This document shows, piece after piece, positions 50,095 through 62,319 of a stretch of DNA of 64,000 nt. Source of the DNA: Dicyema japonicum (taxonomy: Eukaryota > Animalia > Dicyemida); NCBI GenBank assembly GCA_011109175.1, contig RDEW01000001.1:1801453-1865452 (forward strand), in the 5' to 3' direction. The position numbers and the translations under genes are program-made. A model generated the notes under the pieces. It saw only the letters and a list, made by a program, of their open reading frames with translations. It ran no database searches and was not told the DNA's origin. Position 1 is the stretch's first letter, and the number at the start of each line of letters is the position of its first letter.

Positions 50095-53000
50095 CTTTAT
50101 GAAATTATTATAATCCCGGGAACACAGGAAAGAGGAAAAAGTTATCGTCTAATTAAGTGATCCCGGTGTCAGTGCGTCCTCAATTGTTTTGACTTTGTCT
50201 GCAATCTTTTATGATCGTCCAAAAGGGGAAGGTTTGATCTCAAATTTGCGAGCATACTTCTGGTAGGCAAAAAATTCATCTTCAAGAGGGCTACCAGAAG
50301 ATCGCATCATTTTTAAGAATTTTTGTTGTTCGTCACCGAGATGTTCCATAACTTTTTTTGAGATCTAATGTGTTCCTCATTTCTGACGTAGGCGTCATTC
50401 TGTCACATTTAAGAAGGATCCGTTTTCCAAAGACCACGGTTAAAGACAGAAACAAGAAATTATGTTTTCCCGGCGAATTTCAATAGGACTCTCAGCTTGA
50501 CCCGGTGGTCTTCCCTCGATCCAACACAAGCACGCAGTGGACGAGTGATCCTCTGGTATCGTTGAGTTTGGCCTCTTTTTCTTCTTATTAAGTCTTCAAC
50601 GGGGTAGATTTAGAATTTAGATCGCCTTTGATCCAGTTTTCTATCACGGAAAATGCTCCTTTTTTGGGTTGCCGCAATTGGGCATTCGTCCAAGAAATTG
50701 AGGGGGCTATGATGCATATGGTATGCATGGCTCAACGTACTGGCTGTATAGTGATTTCAGAACGGGATGACCTCCTATCTTTCATAATCCAGAGATCCCT
50801 TCAAGAGGTTGATTTTCTTTTCACATTTGTTTACAACATTTCCCACGTGGCGCGAGAAAATCATATGGGTGTCGAACACTACTCCCAGGATCTTCTGCCA
50901 TTTTTGGAATAGCAACTTGCTTCCATCTACTTCTATATCCACTGTCCTGTTGGAGTTTCTCTTATCAGAGGTAAAGAGAGACGTAACCGATTTTTCCGAG
51001 CTGATCGACAGACTGTTATCATTTAGCCAGTAGATTAAGCAGTTTACAAGTAATATCTTTGAGGCGACCTGAACGTCTTGGTCCCTGGATCAATAACAAG
51101 ATCATCTGCATAAGTTAGTAACAGGTCATCCTCATGCTCCGGAGTCGGGATATCATTCGAGAAAAAGTTGAAGAGTATAGGGGACAAAGGAGATCCTTAG
51201 GGTATTCCATTTGGAATTAAACTGGAGCTCGACCGTAGGATTCCCAAACAGACTCGTCCTTTTTCTTGGGATGGAGTCGAATTCCTTGTGAATGTATACA
51301 AAACAGAATTGTCTTTTTGTGCCTGGGTTTGTTGGTGAACCCAAGCGAATAGAATCACTCAGGGATAGTAGGTGGGTATCCGTCGAGTGGAGGGATTTAA
51401 ATCCGTGTTGGAATGGTTTCTCTGGGATTGTTCCTTTGATTTTCTGAAAAACTAGTTTTTCCAGAATTTGACATTGAAGATAGCAACGATACCGGTCTGA
51501 ATGACGTCGAGTTGTTTTTTTGGTATTCCCATCTTCAACATCGGGCAGATGTAGGCGAGTTTCCATAGTGAGGGGATCGCATTTTCCCTTAAAGACCAAT
51601 TGTAGATCTTTGTAAGGGTCCTGATCCCCTCCGGTCCGAAATTTTTCAACAGGATAACAGGGAATCCATCTGGGCCGTTGGAGTAAGTAGTTTTTGTATT
51701 GAGCAGTGCTTCTTTTACATCCGTTTTTGAAAAGTAGGAAGATAAGCGGTCCCTCTTCGGTTGTTCCAAAGTAAGTTGACCTGTCTTGATCTTCTGTTTG
51801 TCTTTATGAGCAATTTTCACATAATACTTCATAATGGAATTCAGATCCTTCTGGCTGTATTAGAATTCATCGGTTGGTCTATCACCATCCCTTGACATGT
51901 CCCGAATGATTTTCCATACTTAGGCGGTTGTCTGATTTCGGTTCAAAGCTGTGAGAACTCGTGACCATTTTGCTTTCTGTATCTTAAGTTCTTTGACCTT
52001 TATATTTTCACTCAGTGCTTTCAGTCGGAGTTTTCCTTGGTTGAGTGAATTCCAGCCTTTTTGGGGCTATTTCTTTCCTTGACCAAGGCCATCTTTCCAA
52101 AGCCTCTTGTGTAGCAGGTGTGTCTTATTGGGATAGCCATTTTTCTCTTTTGCAGAATGATGTCATTTATGTGATACACCGCCTTGTCGAGGGAAAAGAA
52201 ATCCTCCAGATTTACGTCAGCCAAACGATATTCAGTAATAATCCGGAAAAGGATCCAGTTTGCGGATTTGTATATGTAGGTCGGCTTTCTTCTTGTCACT
52301 AAATACCTCCTCCTGATCTTCAATAAAATAGGATTGTGGTCGCTTCTGCTATCGTATATGACGTTCCAAGTAACTCTTGTAGAGAGCGTTGGAGAGCAGA
52401 GAGTGAAGTCTGGGGATGTAGGTTGGTCAGAATTCCTGAATGGGGTTCTTGTGTGTTTCGAGGGTCATTAATGATCATCAGTTTTCCAGACTGCGAGAGT
52501 AGAAGTCTTCCTCTTGCATCGGTAGGCTGACTTGACTACCAAAGGGGATGTTTGGCATTCAGGTCTCCGCAGATCAAGATATCCCCCATATTTCCCAAAG
52601 TAGATAAGTCAACCATTGAATACTTCTTCGGGCATGAGCCAGGAGGAGGTGTATAGACGTTCACCAGAAATAATTTTCCTTTGTTGAGCTCACAGAGATT
52701 CCAATGGTTTCCGTGGTTTCATCGTCCCCAGAGAGTTTCTTTATTTCTGATGTACAGTCCTGATACTTGAGTCCCATTCTAATAATCGTTAGTAGTCCAC
52801 CTCCACATTTATTTGTACGATCTTTTCGAATAACATTGAATCCAGGAGAAATGGCGTAGAGTCATTCGGAGTCAATTTAGACTCTTGAATTAGTAGGATG
52901 TCAATTTTGATTTTTGAGATAAGTGTTCTGAGCTCCAAGATTTTACCATTGATTCCATTCACGTTGAACTGGATTACTGAAATCCGGTCCTTTTGCACAC

Positions 53001-53151
53001 ATCCGGGAAGCTGACACCGATCGAGAAATTCGCCGACCGGGGGTGACATTGCTCTCCGGTGGAGAAAGCAAATAGTCCTTTTTATGGAGTGCGTTACGTG
53101 CACTCTAACGTCTCCATGGCTAATTGTCTGGTGGACCACATGACGCCACGT
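50095..53151 (-). mobile_element. Near full-length (~3.05 kb) Ingi/Vingi-like LINE, decayed single APE-RT ORF
   Basis: IQFNVNGINGK..LLIQESKL, CGDLNAKH, GPDG, WKLAYICP, FQHGFK..ST.THL and YADD. Its 3' end matches 48980-49050. Confidence 0.88.
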
Positions 53152-53288
53152 TTAATGGTTAATTAAGTTTTTTTAAAAACGCTTAAGTCGAAGAGAAATT
53201 TTATTTAAAATAAAAAAAAATAAACAATTAAATAAGTCATAATTATTTTTTCCACATCGAGGTATTTAGTAATATCCATTTTATGCAA

Positions 53289-53525
53289 TGGCGCCATGTG
53301 GTGCTACGTGGATAGTTTGTCAAAATTATTTTCCTTACATCCGATGGCGTCACTGGATCCACCTTACTAAAGAGGCGCCCAATACCTGGCCGGCATCAAG
53401 AGGATCGAACAATTCTTCCCCGGGGACAACGTCGTTACCTGGGGACAAGTTCTGGAATGTTGGAACGAGTCAGGATCGAGGAGTTAGTTAGTTTGGTTAC
53501 CCTTGGTTTTTGGAATTAATTTTAA
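53289..53525 (+). mobile_element. Short non-autonomous LINE derivative, copy 2
   Basis: High identity to 40134-40370. Confidence 0.65.
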
Positions 53526-54779
53526 TGACAATCCTGAGGTTTTCCAAAAACCGAGGTGAGGTTTTTTCAGACTGTATCAAGCTAATATCAAGAAATACTC
53601 TGGCAGCTTTAGGTGGTGGTGGTTCAAAGGTGGAGCAGAGTGATTTATTTTCATAAACTTTAAGACTCCTGACACGGTTTTGTGGGTGTTTCGTCAGAGA
53701 CACGATTCTTAAACTTTTATAGAATTCCCTTCCATCAGCTTTTGGTTCAACCTCTCTACAAATTCAAGTTTTCGTTTTGTTTTCACAATTTTTCCCGCCG
53801 AGGTACTTGTTCAGCCTCAATTTTTGAAGTTTGCTGTGCTATCGTGGCCAAAAGGCAGAGATTTTCTTTTTAATTTTCGAAGCCAAAGATTTCAAAATTT
53901 GAAGATTAAAAAAATAGGTAACCAATTTCCAAATCAATTCAAGGAAGAAATGTAAAATCTTCCTGACCAAGGTCTCCGAAGGCTCTTGTGGCAAAGAAAC
54001 AACGGCCACCATTTTGATGATATAGAAATTCTCAGTATGAAAAGAAGTTCCTTAGGAAAAACAAAGAGGTTATGATAATCAAAATCTGTTACAAAATCGA
54101 CTTTAATTACCCACGTGCTTCTCTAGTGGCCTTTCTTATTTTAGGAGAAATACCTGCTCACAGCCCTTCCGTTCTCAGCGAAATCCCCGATAATGCCATA
54201 ATGACACCCAAGAAAGTTATCTCTAACCACGTGGTCTTAAACATAAATAATAATTAAAGATTTTAAAAAGTTAATTATTAAGTTAAAGTTAGTTTCGTCG
54301 TCTTCGGGACGCCAGATGTTCCAATTCCTCGATGAGTGAGGCGCAGTTCTTTTGCGAAGGATGATCCCATCCATATGCTAATAAACATCAAGCACGTGGC
54401 TGATAAAATAGACTTGTAGTGGGTCGGTTCCAGCTTTCCGAAGGTCCTCAATTTGTGACAAGATTCATTAACTACATTCCCGGTCGATCCAGAACTTAAA
54501 CCCATTCTGTGGCAAAAAGTAAGTTGGCTTTTAAATGAGGCAAGGACAATTCTGACAGACATGTCACACGAAAAGTGGTAATGTCAAATTTAAATTTTAA
54601 ATGGAGACAGTATTAATATTATTTTATTTCAAATATTAAATTTATTTTTATTGTTGTAACCAGGAAATTAAGATGAAATTTTTTATGAATGTTTTACTGC
54701 TGACTGTCGTAAGTTTAACTCAATTTCCACGACACTCGAGTCTATCATAGAGGCAACTGGAGGCAATTTCAGAAAGAGA

Positions 54780-54930
54780 AAAGATAAAGACCCCCGTCCG
54801 TATAGAAAATGCGTGGGATCACAATCGGAGCATCGAGAAAAAATGGCCCGATTATTGAGAGATGCCGGGATCACCTGAATATTAGTTATTGGTTAAGACG
54901 GTTTCTCTTGGCTTAAATAATAATAAATAA
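54780..54930 (+). mobile_element. Vingi-like LINE 3' terminus
   Basis: EHREKMARLLRDAGIT-stop, followed by a 3' UTR nearly identical to 15555-15620. Confidence 0.7.
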
Positions 54931-55742
54931 TTTCCACGACCAACTCGGTCAAGATACTGGGCGTAACATACGACCCACTCTTAACCTTCAGCGAACACAT
55001 CTACAACGTCATCTCCTTTGCACAATGAAAGCTAAATTTTGTTGAAACACTTCTAGAACAATATAAGGGGTGTTTCAACTTAAATTCGCTTGCCGGACAG
55101 GGAGAGTGAGTTTAGAATGACGCAATGACTATTCCAAAATTTATCAAAAAATAATTAATTATAGCATTACAGTGCGACTCCGAATTGGGGAACCCAAGTA
55201 GCGGGGAAACTCTCTTTTTTGGGGATAACCTTGCTTTTAGAAAAATATTTTCGCTATCCGTATAAATACGATGATTTTTAAAGAAATAAAACCCCACCTG
55301 GGGGAAAAATATTATCATAAACGATTCATTAATAATTTATATAATTTTGATTTATTATTATTATTTATTCTAATCTGTTTTACCAAATTTATTGAGATCA
55401 CCTCGATCAGCAAAAAGAGTTTGAACAGGTGTATACAAAAGATCGAAAGGCTGTGAACTCGAGGATCCTACTTTCGGTGATCTTTACAAGACAGTAGGCC
55501 GAAAAAAGAAAGATAAAGAAATGTTGAATGTCGAAATGAGATCTATTTTTGGAAATGACAACTCGCTGACACAAGTTAGTCTTCAAGAAAAACTTTCAGT
55601 GAATCTTTCTAAGTCTCAAATTTTAAGAGGATTTAAAGGAGGCCTGCATCACAAGAAAAAGACTCAAGAAAAGGTCCGAATAACAGATTAATTGAATAAA
55701 ATACTTTTTTCCTAAATTATTTATTAGTATAATATATATAAC

Positions 55743-55846
55743 TTGGACATCATTTATGGGAATTGGGTCATCATTTATGGGAATTGGGTCATCATTTATG
55801 AGAATTGGGTCAACATTTATGGGAATTGGGTCAACATTTATGGGAT
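55743..55846. repeat. 21-bp tandem array, about 5 copies (ttgggtcatcatttatgggaa)
   Basis: Directly visible, about 100 bp upstream of a pogo transposase remnant. Confidence 0.9.
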
Positions 55847-55946
55847 TGAGTGTATTTAACCTGGTAAGTTAGTTAGTTAACTAATTAACCTGGTAAGGAA
55901 TTGTAATTATCAATTTTTAAAGTTATTCTATAAATTTTAGAAAGCG

Positions 55947-56896
55947 AATGCCTAGAGAACATATCAAAGTGAAAAGATCAGAATTATACAGTCATGTCTC
56001 TATAAGGATAAATTGATCTGTAAAAGATTTAACATCTCTAAAGGAATGCTATACCCACTAAAAAAGAAAAGGGAAGGAATCCTAGCTCAAGGCTGCTCAA
56101 CATCCGAAGGGACAATTAAATACGAATTGAATACCCAAGTTTACGAGATTTTTCGTAATCTCATGTTAAAAGGTTTCCCAATCAATGGGTTAACCTTAAA
56201 GCTAATTGCACGTAAAATTGCATATAAAAATTCAAATCAATATTTTACTGCCTCCAATGGATGGCTTTACAGATTTAAGAAGCAATTCGAAATAAAATTC
56301 AGAATATTACATGGCGAATCACAATAAGCTGATAAAGGAGGTGCGGAAAACAGCATTATTAATAGACAATGCACCTTGTCATGCTGTTTCTGCCCAATTT
56401 TCAAACGTCGACGTATATTTTTTTCCAAAAATCAAACTTTTTTAATTCAGCCATGTGACCAATGGATAATACAGGCATTTAAGAATCATTTCAATAATTG
56501 GATGATGAAAACGATTATTTATGATAAAAATCCTGTAGCTCAAATAGATGAAGCGATAAAGGGAATCACAATATTAGATGCTATTTCATGTTCAAATTGG
56601 CATGGGGAGAGATTACAAAAACTTCAATACGACATCGCTTTGAAAAGGCTTTGGAATATGACTGTCGGGAAAATGAGGACACCGGAGAAAGTCTGATTGA
56701 TTCGGATATTGTGGAAAATGCGATTTTGGAGAGCTTCTGGGATGATAATAGTAGTGATGAAGAGGACAGCAGCGAACAATTTCTGGAACATTTGGATGAT
56801 CAAGTTATAAACAATGCGGAATGCGCATCCACAATGCTGCTAAATGTTATCGAGCAAGAGACTCCGGAAAATGTCTTCTGCCAAACCTACGACTAA
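55947..56896 (+). mobile_element. pogo/Tigger transposase pseudogene with internal deletion
   Basis: CENP-B HTH FTASNGWLYRFKK..LHGES is joined directly to the DNAPCH region and an acidic tail. Confidence 0.85.
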
Positions 56897-58567
56897 TTTA
56901 CTGCGAATACTGCTATTTACCTTCCAGGAAGGCCATTTACTTGGTTCAAGGAAGGAAAATAACTAGTAATTTTATTTTGTGTTAAAAAACAAACAATCTG
57001 TGTGAGACTTACTCTTATTGTCTTAAAAAGTGACCACAAATTGGTAATTATCACGATTTTTTGGTTATAATTCAAAATTTAAATTTTTTTAATTTTAGGT
57101 CAAATTGATCTACAAAAAATTTTAATGTAAAAAGGCAAAAAAATAAAAATGTAGATATTCTGTAGGAATAACCGGGAGGACTTGTGAGAGGTTGCGCACG
57201 ACCTTGGAAAGTGGAACCACTTATTTCGATTGTTTCTAACGCCGCATGTATAAAACTATAGCTATTATGGTTTACAAGCGTCTTTTTTACACAATTTTTA
57301 TATTTCTTTTTTACCATATTTCACCACGTCACTAACTCAACCATTCCGACCAATTAACCACTAGGATAACAGGTCACTACAGTCTAACACGCGCTTCTTG
57401 TTTTCTAACCATATTGTGTGATACCTTCGGTCACGTTTAAAAAATGGAAACAAACTGATCGCTTGTCATTTGAAGCCATTCCACACTAGAAAAAAGTTTC
57501 ACTAGTTAAGTTTTAACACTGTAGTTGCCAAAAACTAATATTTTACGTCAACAAAAAAATGTCATTATTAATTGTGTTATTTTTTCGTTTCTCCAAACTT
57601 AGTAAATATGACTTGTGTAAATGCAAAATTCATCATTTTCAGGACATTGACGTTCATCGTCGCGGAAGTATCGTAATAATGCATTTTCAATCGTTCCGCC
57701 AGTTTCTCACCAGTATCCACAGAAATAGATTCTAAATGGGGTTTAGTATACCGCTGGTCATTTTGAGTCCCCACCAGCAGTAAAATAGTATTGGGACCAA
57801 TTTGACTCTCGATTTCTTTGTACCACTTAAATTATAAGAAATGATACTTTATTCTCCACATTATCGAATGAATGTTTTTCCATCACAGAAAATGCTATAA
57901 TAAAAATGTCCGTATTTGTGTAAGCACTAGAGTAGTCCTCCTGTTCCTCCGTGTCGAATATAGAGAGGTTTATTTCCTGTCTAAATTCTCCAAATACAAC
58001 GGGCACTGTCGCATTGTAAAAATTCAAAGTCTACATAAATTAAATCAGAATTACTGTTGGAGTGTAACCAGCAGGAAATTCATTATTCATGTAATTTTTC
58101 ATTAAACAAGTCTTTCCAACTCCATCATCTCCCACAATGACACATTTTACATTTATTTTCTCATCATCCATTTTAAGGTTAAACTAGTCTATATAAAACT
58201 AAGTTACTTACGTGTTAATTTAAAAACTTAAATATATTACTTTTGAAATTTGGTTGCCCATGATCAAATTAAATTAAATAATTACATTTTAAATAATTAT
58301 TATTTTAATAAAACTCACATTGATTCTATTCTGTTTTTTTTTGGATTGAGGTCGTGACGAAAATCTACAATCAAATAGACTACATTATTTGCAGACAAAA
58401 AGACCGCAGTATTGTAACTGATGCCCGTGCTTATGGAGGGTCTATAATTGATAGCGATCACAAGATGGTTATTGCCAAAATGTCCTTAAGAAACTTATGG
58501 GTTTGCAAGGGATGAAAAGCAATGGACACACGGAACTGCAGGGGAAGGGATACGTTATAGACTTATA
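56352..58567 (+). repeat. Segmental duplication, copy 2 (partner 43920-47270)
   Basis: Same block order as copy 1. It lacks about 700 bp of the RTE 5' region. Confidence 0.95.
57577..58171 (-). CDS. Atypical Rho-like small GTPase, copy 2, 182 aa, CAAX lost
   Basis: Near-identical to copy 1 with the same two introns, but ends FTKFGETKK-stop (TAA at the Cys codon). Confidence 0.8.
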
Positions 58568-59480
58568 AACAACAATACTATCCAGGAGAGGAATTCAGAA
58601 AATACATGAATGAGGGATTGAAAGAAATATCAGTAGATTTGGCACCGCAAACTGCGTGGACCTTGGTCAAACAGAAGATCATGATTGCTGTGGATACATA
58701 TCTAAAAGGACTACGTAACTAATGCACCCACTGAAGAAATAACCGCTTTGAAACTCCTTGCTAATTAAAAGGCGATATGGACACAATGTCTACAGATGAC
58801 AAAAATACGAAACAGCGGCTACAAAAGGAAAGAACAGTCATCAAAAAGAAAATAAGAAAAGCTGCACGTCGAACATTAAAGAACGAAACAATAACAAAAA
58901 TAGAGAAACTCGAAGGCCTTAAAGACAATGCGAAGTTTTATGAAGCTGTCGGACAAATCAGAAAACTACCAAGGAAAACACTGACTTTGCGAGAGAGAAT
59001 GAAAAAATATTCTAACCAACAAGAAATTGCAGAACTTATAGCCGACTATTTTGAACCACAATTCGTATCAAAAATAGCAAAAAACTCACAATTAACACGA
59101 ATCAGGGAGAATTAGACGAAGAAATAACTTTGGAAGAAGTGATGACAGCAAGTTTCAAACTGAAGGACAACGAGAGTCCCGGGCCAGATGGCTTAAATGG
59201 TGAATTTTTCAAATATGGAACGCAAAAACTATACAAGATAATTGCCTGGATTCTAAACAAAACGTACAGTAAAGGAGCCACCTTGCCACTTGGAGAAGGA
59301 CTATTGACACCAGTACAGAACCAAGCAAAAAAGCGGGGAAAGTTGAGAACCTAAAACCAGTGGTCTTAATTAACACATTACGGAAGATACTAGCCAATAT
59401 TGCGCTTCAAAGAATGGAGGGACGCCTAGACTCGTACCTGTCGGCTTATAAAAGTGGCTTCCGAAAAGGGAGATCAACGT
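58343..59480 (+). mobile_element. RTE-like retrotransposon (APE end to RT start)
   Basis: ESPGPDGLNGEFFKYG and SAYKSGFRKGRST. Continues the element whose 5' part survives at 46337-47270. Confidence 0.85.
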
Positions 59481-59499
59481 TGCGATGAGATCAAAAAGT

Positions 59500-59900
59500 T
59501 TTTGTTTTTTTTCTAACTCATTGTTGAGCCGTCTGCATTTTCAATTCTTTCCTTGCAGTCCAGATCTTGGTTAATGCAATTAGGAGAGATTAGCGAGGAC
59601 GTCCAAGGTTTACACAACGACTCTGGAAGTAAACTTTAGTAGCATTGTTTGCTGGAACTGCTTGGTCCATTCTTAGAATATGTCCAAATAACTTCCCCTT
59701 CCCTTTAAGCCGTTAATTCGATCGACTGTGGATGGGTCTGTCAAACATTCATCGCTGGAGCAGATTTTGGAGAGATTCGATGAAGATTTAGGAATTAATA
59801 AAAATATAATCCAAATGTCGATTGATTTGGTTGATCATATTTCGACAGTCTAGTGCTGTAAACTTAAATTGTAGAATAATATTCCGTATTATTAACGTAT
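59500..59900 (-). mobile_element. RTE-like 3' fragment
   Basis: KLFGHILRMDQAVPANNA..GRPR on the minus strand. Confidence 0.7.
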
Positions 59901-60049
59901 TCCTGATCACAAAGGTGTCAAAATGATTAGAGGAGTCATAATATTTAATCGATGCTTAGAATATGCTTGGCGTCATAAATGACCGTTCTGCCTTATAAAA
60001 TGTTACACATCGGTGTTACTGATTCTGGATTTGAACTGCAGTACAACTC

Positions 60050-61560
60050 GTGAGTAACCACGACCGACCGACCACCTGACCTGTTGTATTATTCTGTCAG
60101 GGATCAGCTCCAAAAAATTCAGGGTGTGGATCCGTGGTGTTTGATCCCTGATGACAAAAAGAAGGTGCCTGCCGATATATTTGAACACTCCGACGAGGAA
60201 CTACCTATTGCTTATAGCACTGTCAGCATCTTTGAAGTGATGACAGCTATCAGGGAATGCAAGGTCAATGCTCCAGGATATGACCACATATCAATGAAAC
60301 TTATCAAAGAGGTTCCGATATTTTGTTTAACTATCTGCGATGTCTTTATGATGGGTGTTTGCGACTTGGCCACTTGCCTTTAATAAGGAAGAAAGCTGTT
60401 GTGAGGATGATTCCAAAACCAGGGAAGCCAAAAAGAGATCCGGCAAACTACGGACCAATTAGCTTAATATGTTCTTTCGTGAAAGTGATTGAACGTATCA
60501 TTTTCAAAAGGCTAAGCAACATATAGAAGAAAACGACTTTCTGATTTTGGAGCAGTGGGGTTTTCGTCCCGGAAGAGGCTGTGCAGACTGTTTCTTTCTA
60601 CTGAATTCTGAAATCATGAAAGCACAAAGGATTCCAAGAGACAAATAAACTTATTATGTCTTGATATCTCGAAAGCATTCGACAGTGTATGCCATGAAGC
60701 GTTGTTAAAGCAGCTTGTATCAGCATGTGCTCCAAGATTCCTATTTGTTTGGCTAAGAAATTGTCTTCAGGAAAGACAATCTTTTGTGAAGGTGTGTGGA
60801 TATATATCTGATGCAACATCATTCAAAAGAGGAGTACCTCAAGGTTCAGTATTGAGCCCTATTTTGTTTAATATATTTATGGCGAGTTTTCCACGTCCGA
60901 GGAAATTAATACTAGTCTTCTTATTTATGCGGATGACGTAATCGTGGTGGACACATCTCTAAAATCTTCTATATCCGAAGGAAGAATCCGGGAGTATGTC
61001 GACCAGATTGAGCATTGGTGCAACTTGAGAGGGCTAAAGCTCTCTGCTGAAAAATCTTGCGCACTCTGAATAAACAGTGAAAAAGCACCTGAAACAAGAA
61101 TACACACTGGGAGTAAACAATTCACACAGTCTGCGCTACCTCGGGGTCGACTATGGACACGCAGGTGATTACATGGACGACATAAAGGGGAGGAGAAAAG
61201 AGCCTTTCATTCGCTCCTATGTACACGGATGTTACACGTTAGCCGTGACACTTACCTGTTCTTCAAAGGAGTTATTCTCCCTAGCCTACTTTATGGGTGC
61301 GAGGGGTGGTTCTTCTCTCCGAAGAGGGACAAGATCTTATCCCTCCTAGAGAAGACTAGAAGAGCTGCAATTAAACTCTCCTTTAACAAGAAACTGAAAG
61401 ACTTCTAAACGAGGACAAAAACAAACTCCTGGAACCGATTAGCAAGATTGTGGAGGATCGGATCAATGGTTTCAGGAGGAGATCAAAGGTCCAGGACACA
61501 TACATAAAGCTGAAAGAATAAAGATTAAAATGCTGGGAGAAACGTTCCGAATAAGATTAA
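60050..61560 (+). mobile_element. Jockey-like LINE RT region, frameshifted
   Basis: APGYDHI, YGPISLICSFVKVIERII, QWGFRPG, DISKAFDSV, GVPQGSVLSPILFN and YADD. Confidence 0.88.
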
Positions 61561-62319
61561 TAATAAAAAAAGGAGAAAGGGTCCAGGTTTGGAGTCCAAG
61601 CCTTATGGTAGGACTCTGATTTAATACCCTCCAGAAATCTCCTTAACTCTTTTGTCAATTAATCGTTGTTGTTGTTGCTGATTCTGAAAAATCATTTATG
61701 GACCGGTCCACCAAGATCATGACATTTTCGTAGATAGATCCCCAATAGTTGACATTTCGGCTAGATTGAGAAAATCATAGGTGGGAATACCGCGTTAACA
61801 ACATTTCTTTAATTAGTCGCAGGATAACCGATCAAAAACACTATCTGTATATTCTCCTCAACAGCATTTATTACAATAAAGTCTGTTATTATGACAAAGC
61901 CTCCATTAAGACCTGCAGGCATTGAACACGTTACCGGTGTTACACCTCATGATCCAGAGCTCATGTTCTGGTCAGGTCTCCCTTCCGCTTTCAAGCAACA
62001 TAACATAACATTTTTTAGTAAAAACCAAGACATAGCGATAGTTATGGGAGATTACGTTATTTAAAATGAGGCCTGGATTCTTTCAAAGTTTTACCCTCCC
62101 CCTTTAGCTTCACAGTATTTTCTGAATGAACGTGTCATCCACTTTGGTCCTCAGAAGAAAACCCTCAATCCGTTCCACTACCACGCTTCTTACTGACTTG
62201 ATCAGGGTTTCCTTCTCATCTAGTGGTTCCTCACCCCTTTTATGAAGACACTCAGCTGATATTTGAAATTCCTGGCCTTCTCAATCTCAGAGGTCAAGAT
62301 GAAAAAGAAATCTCCACAT

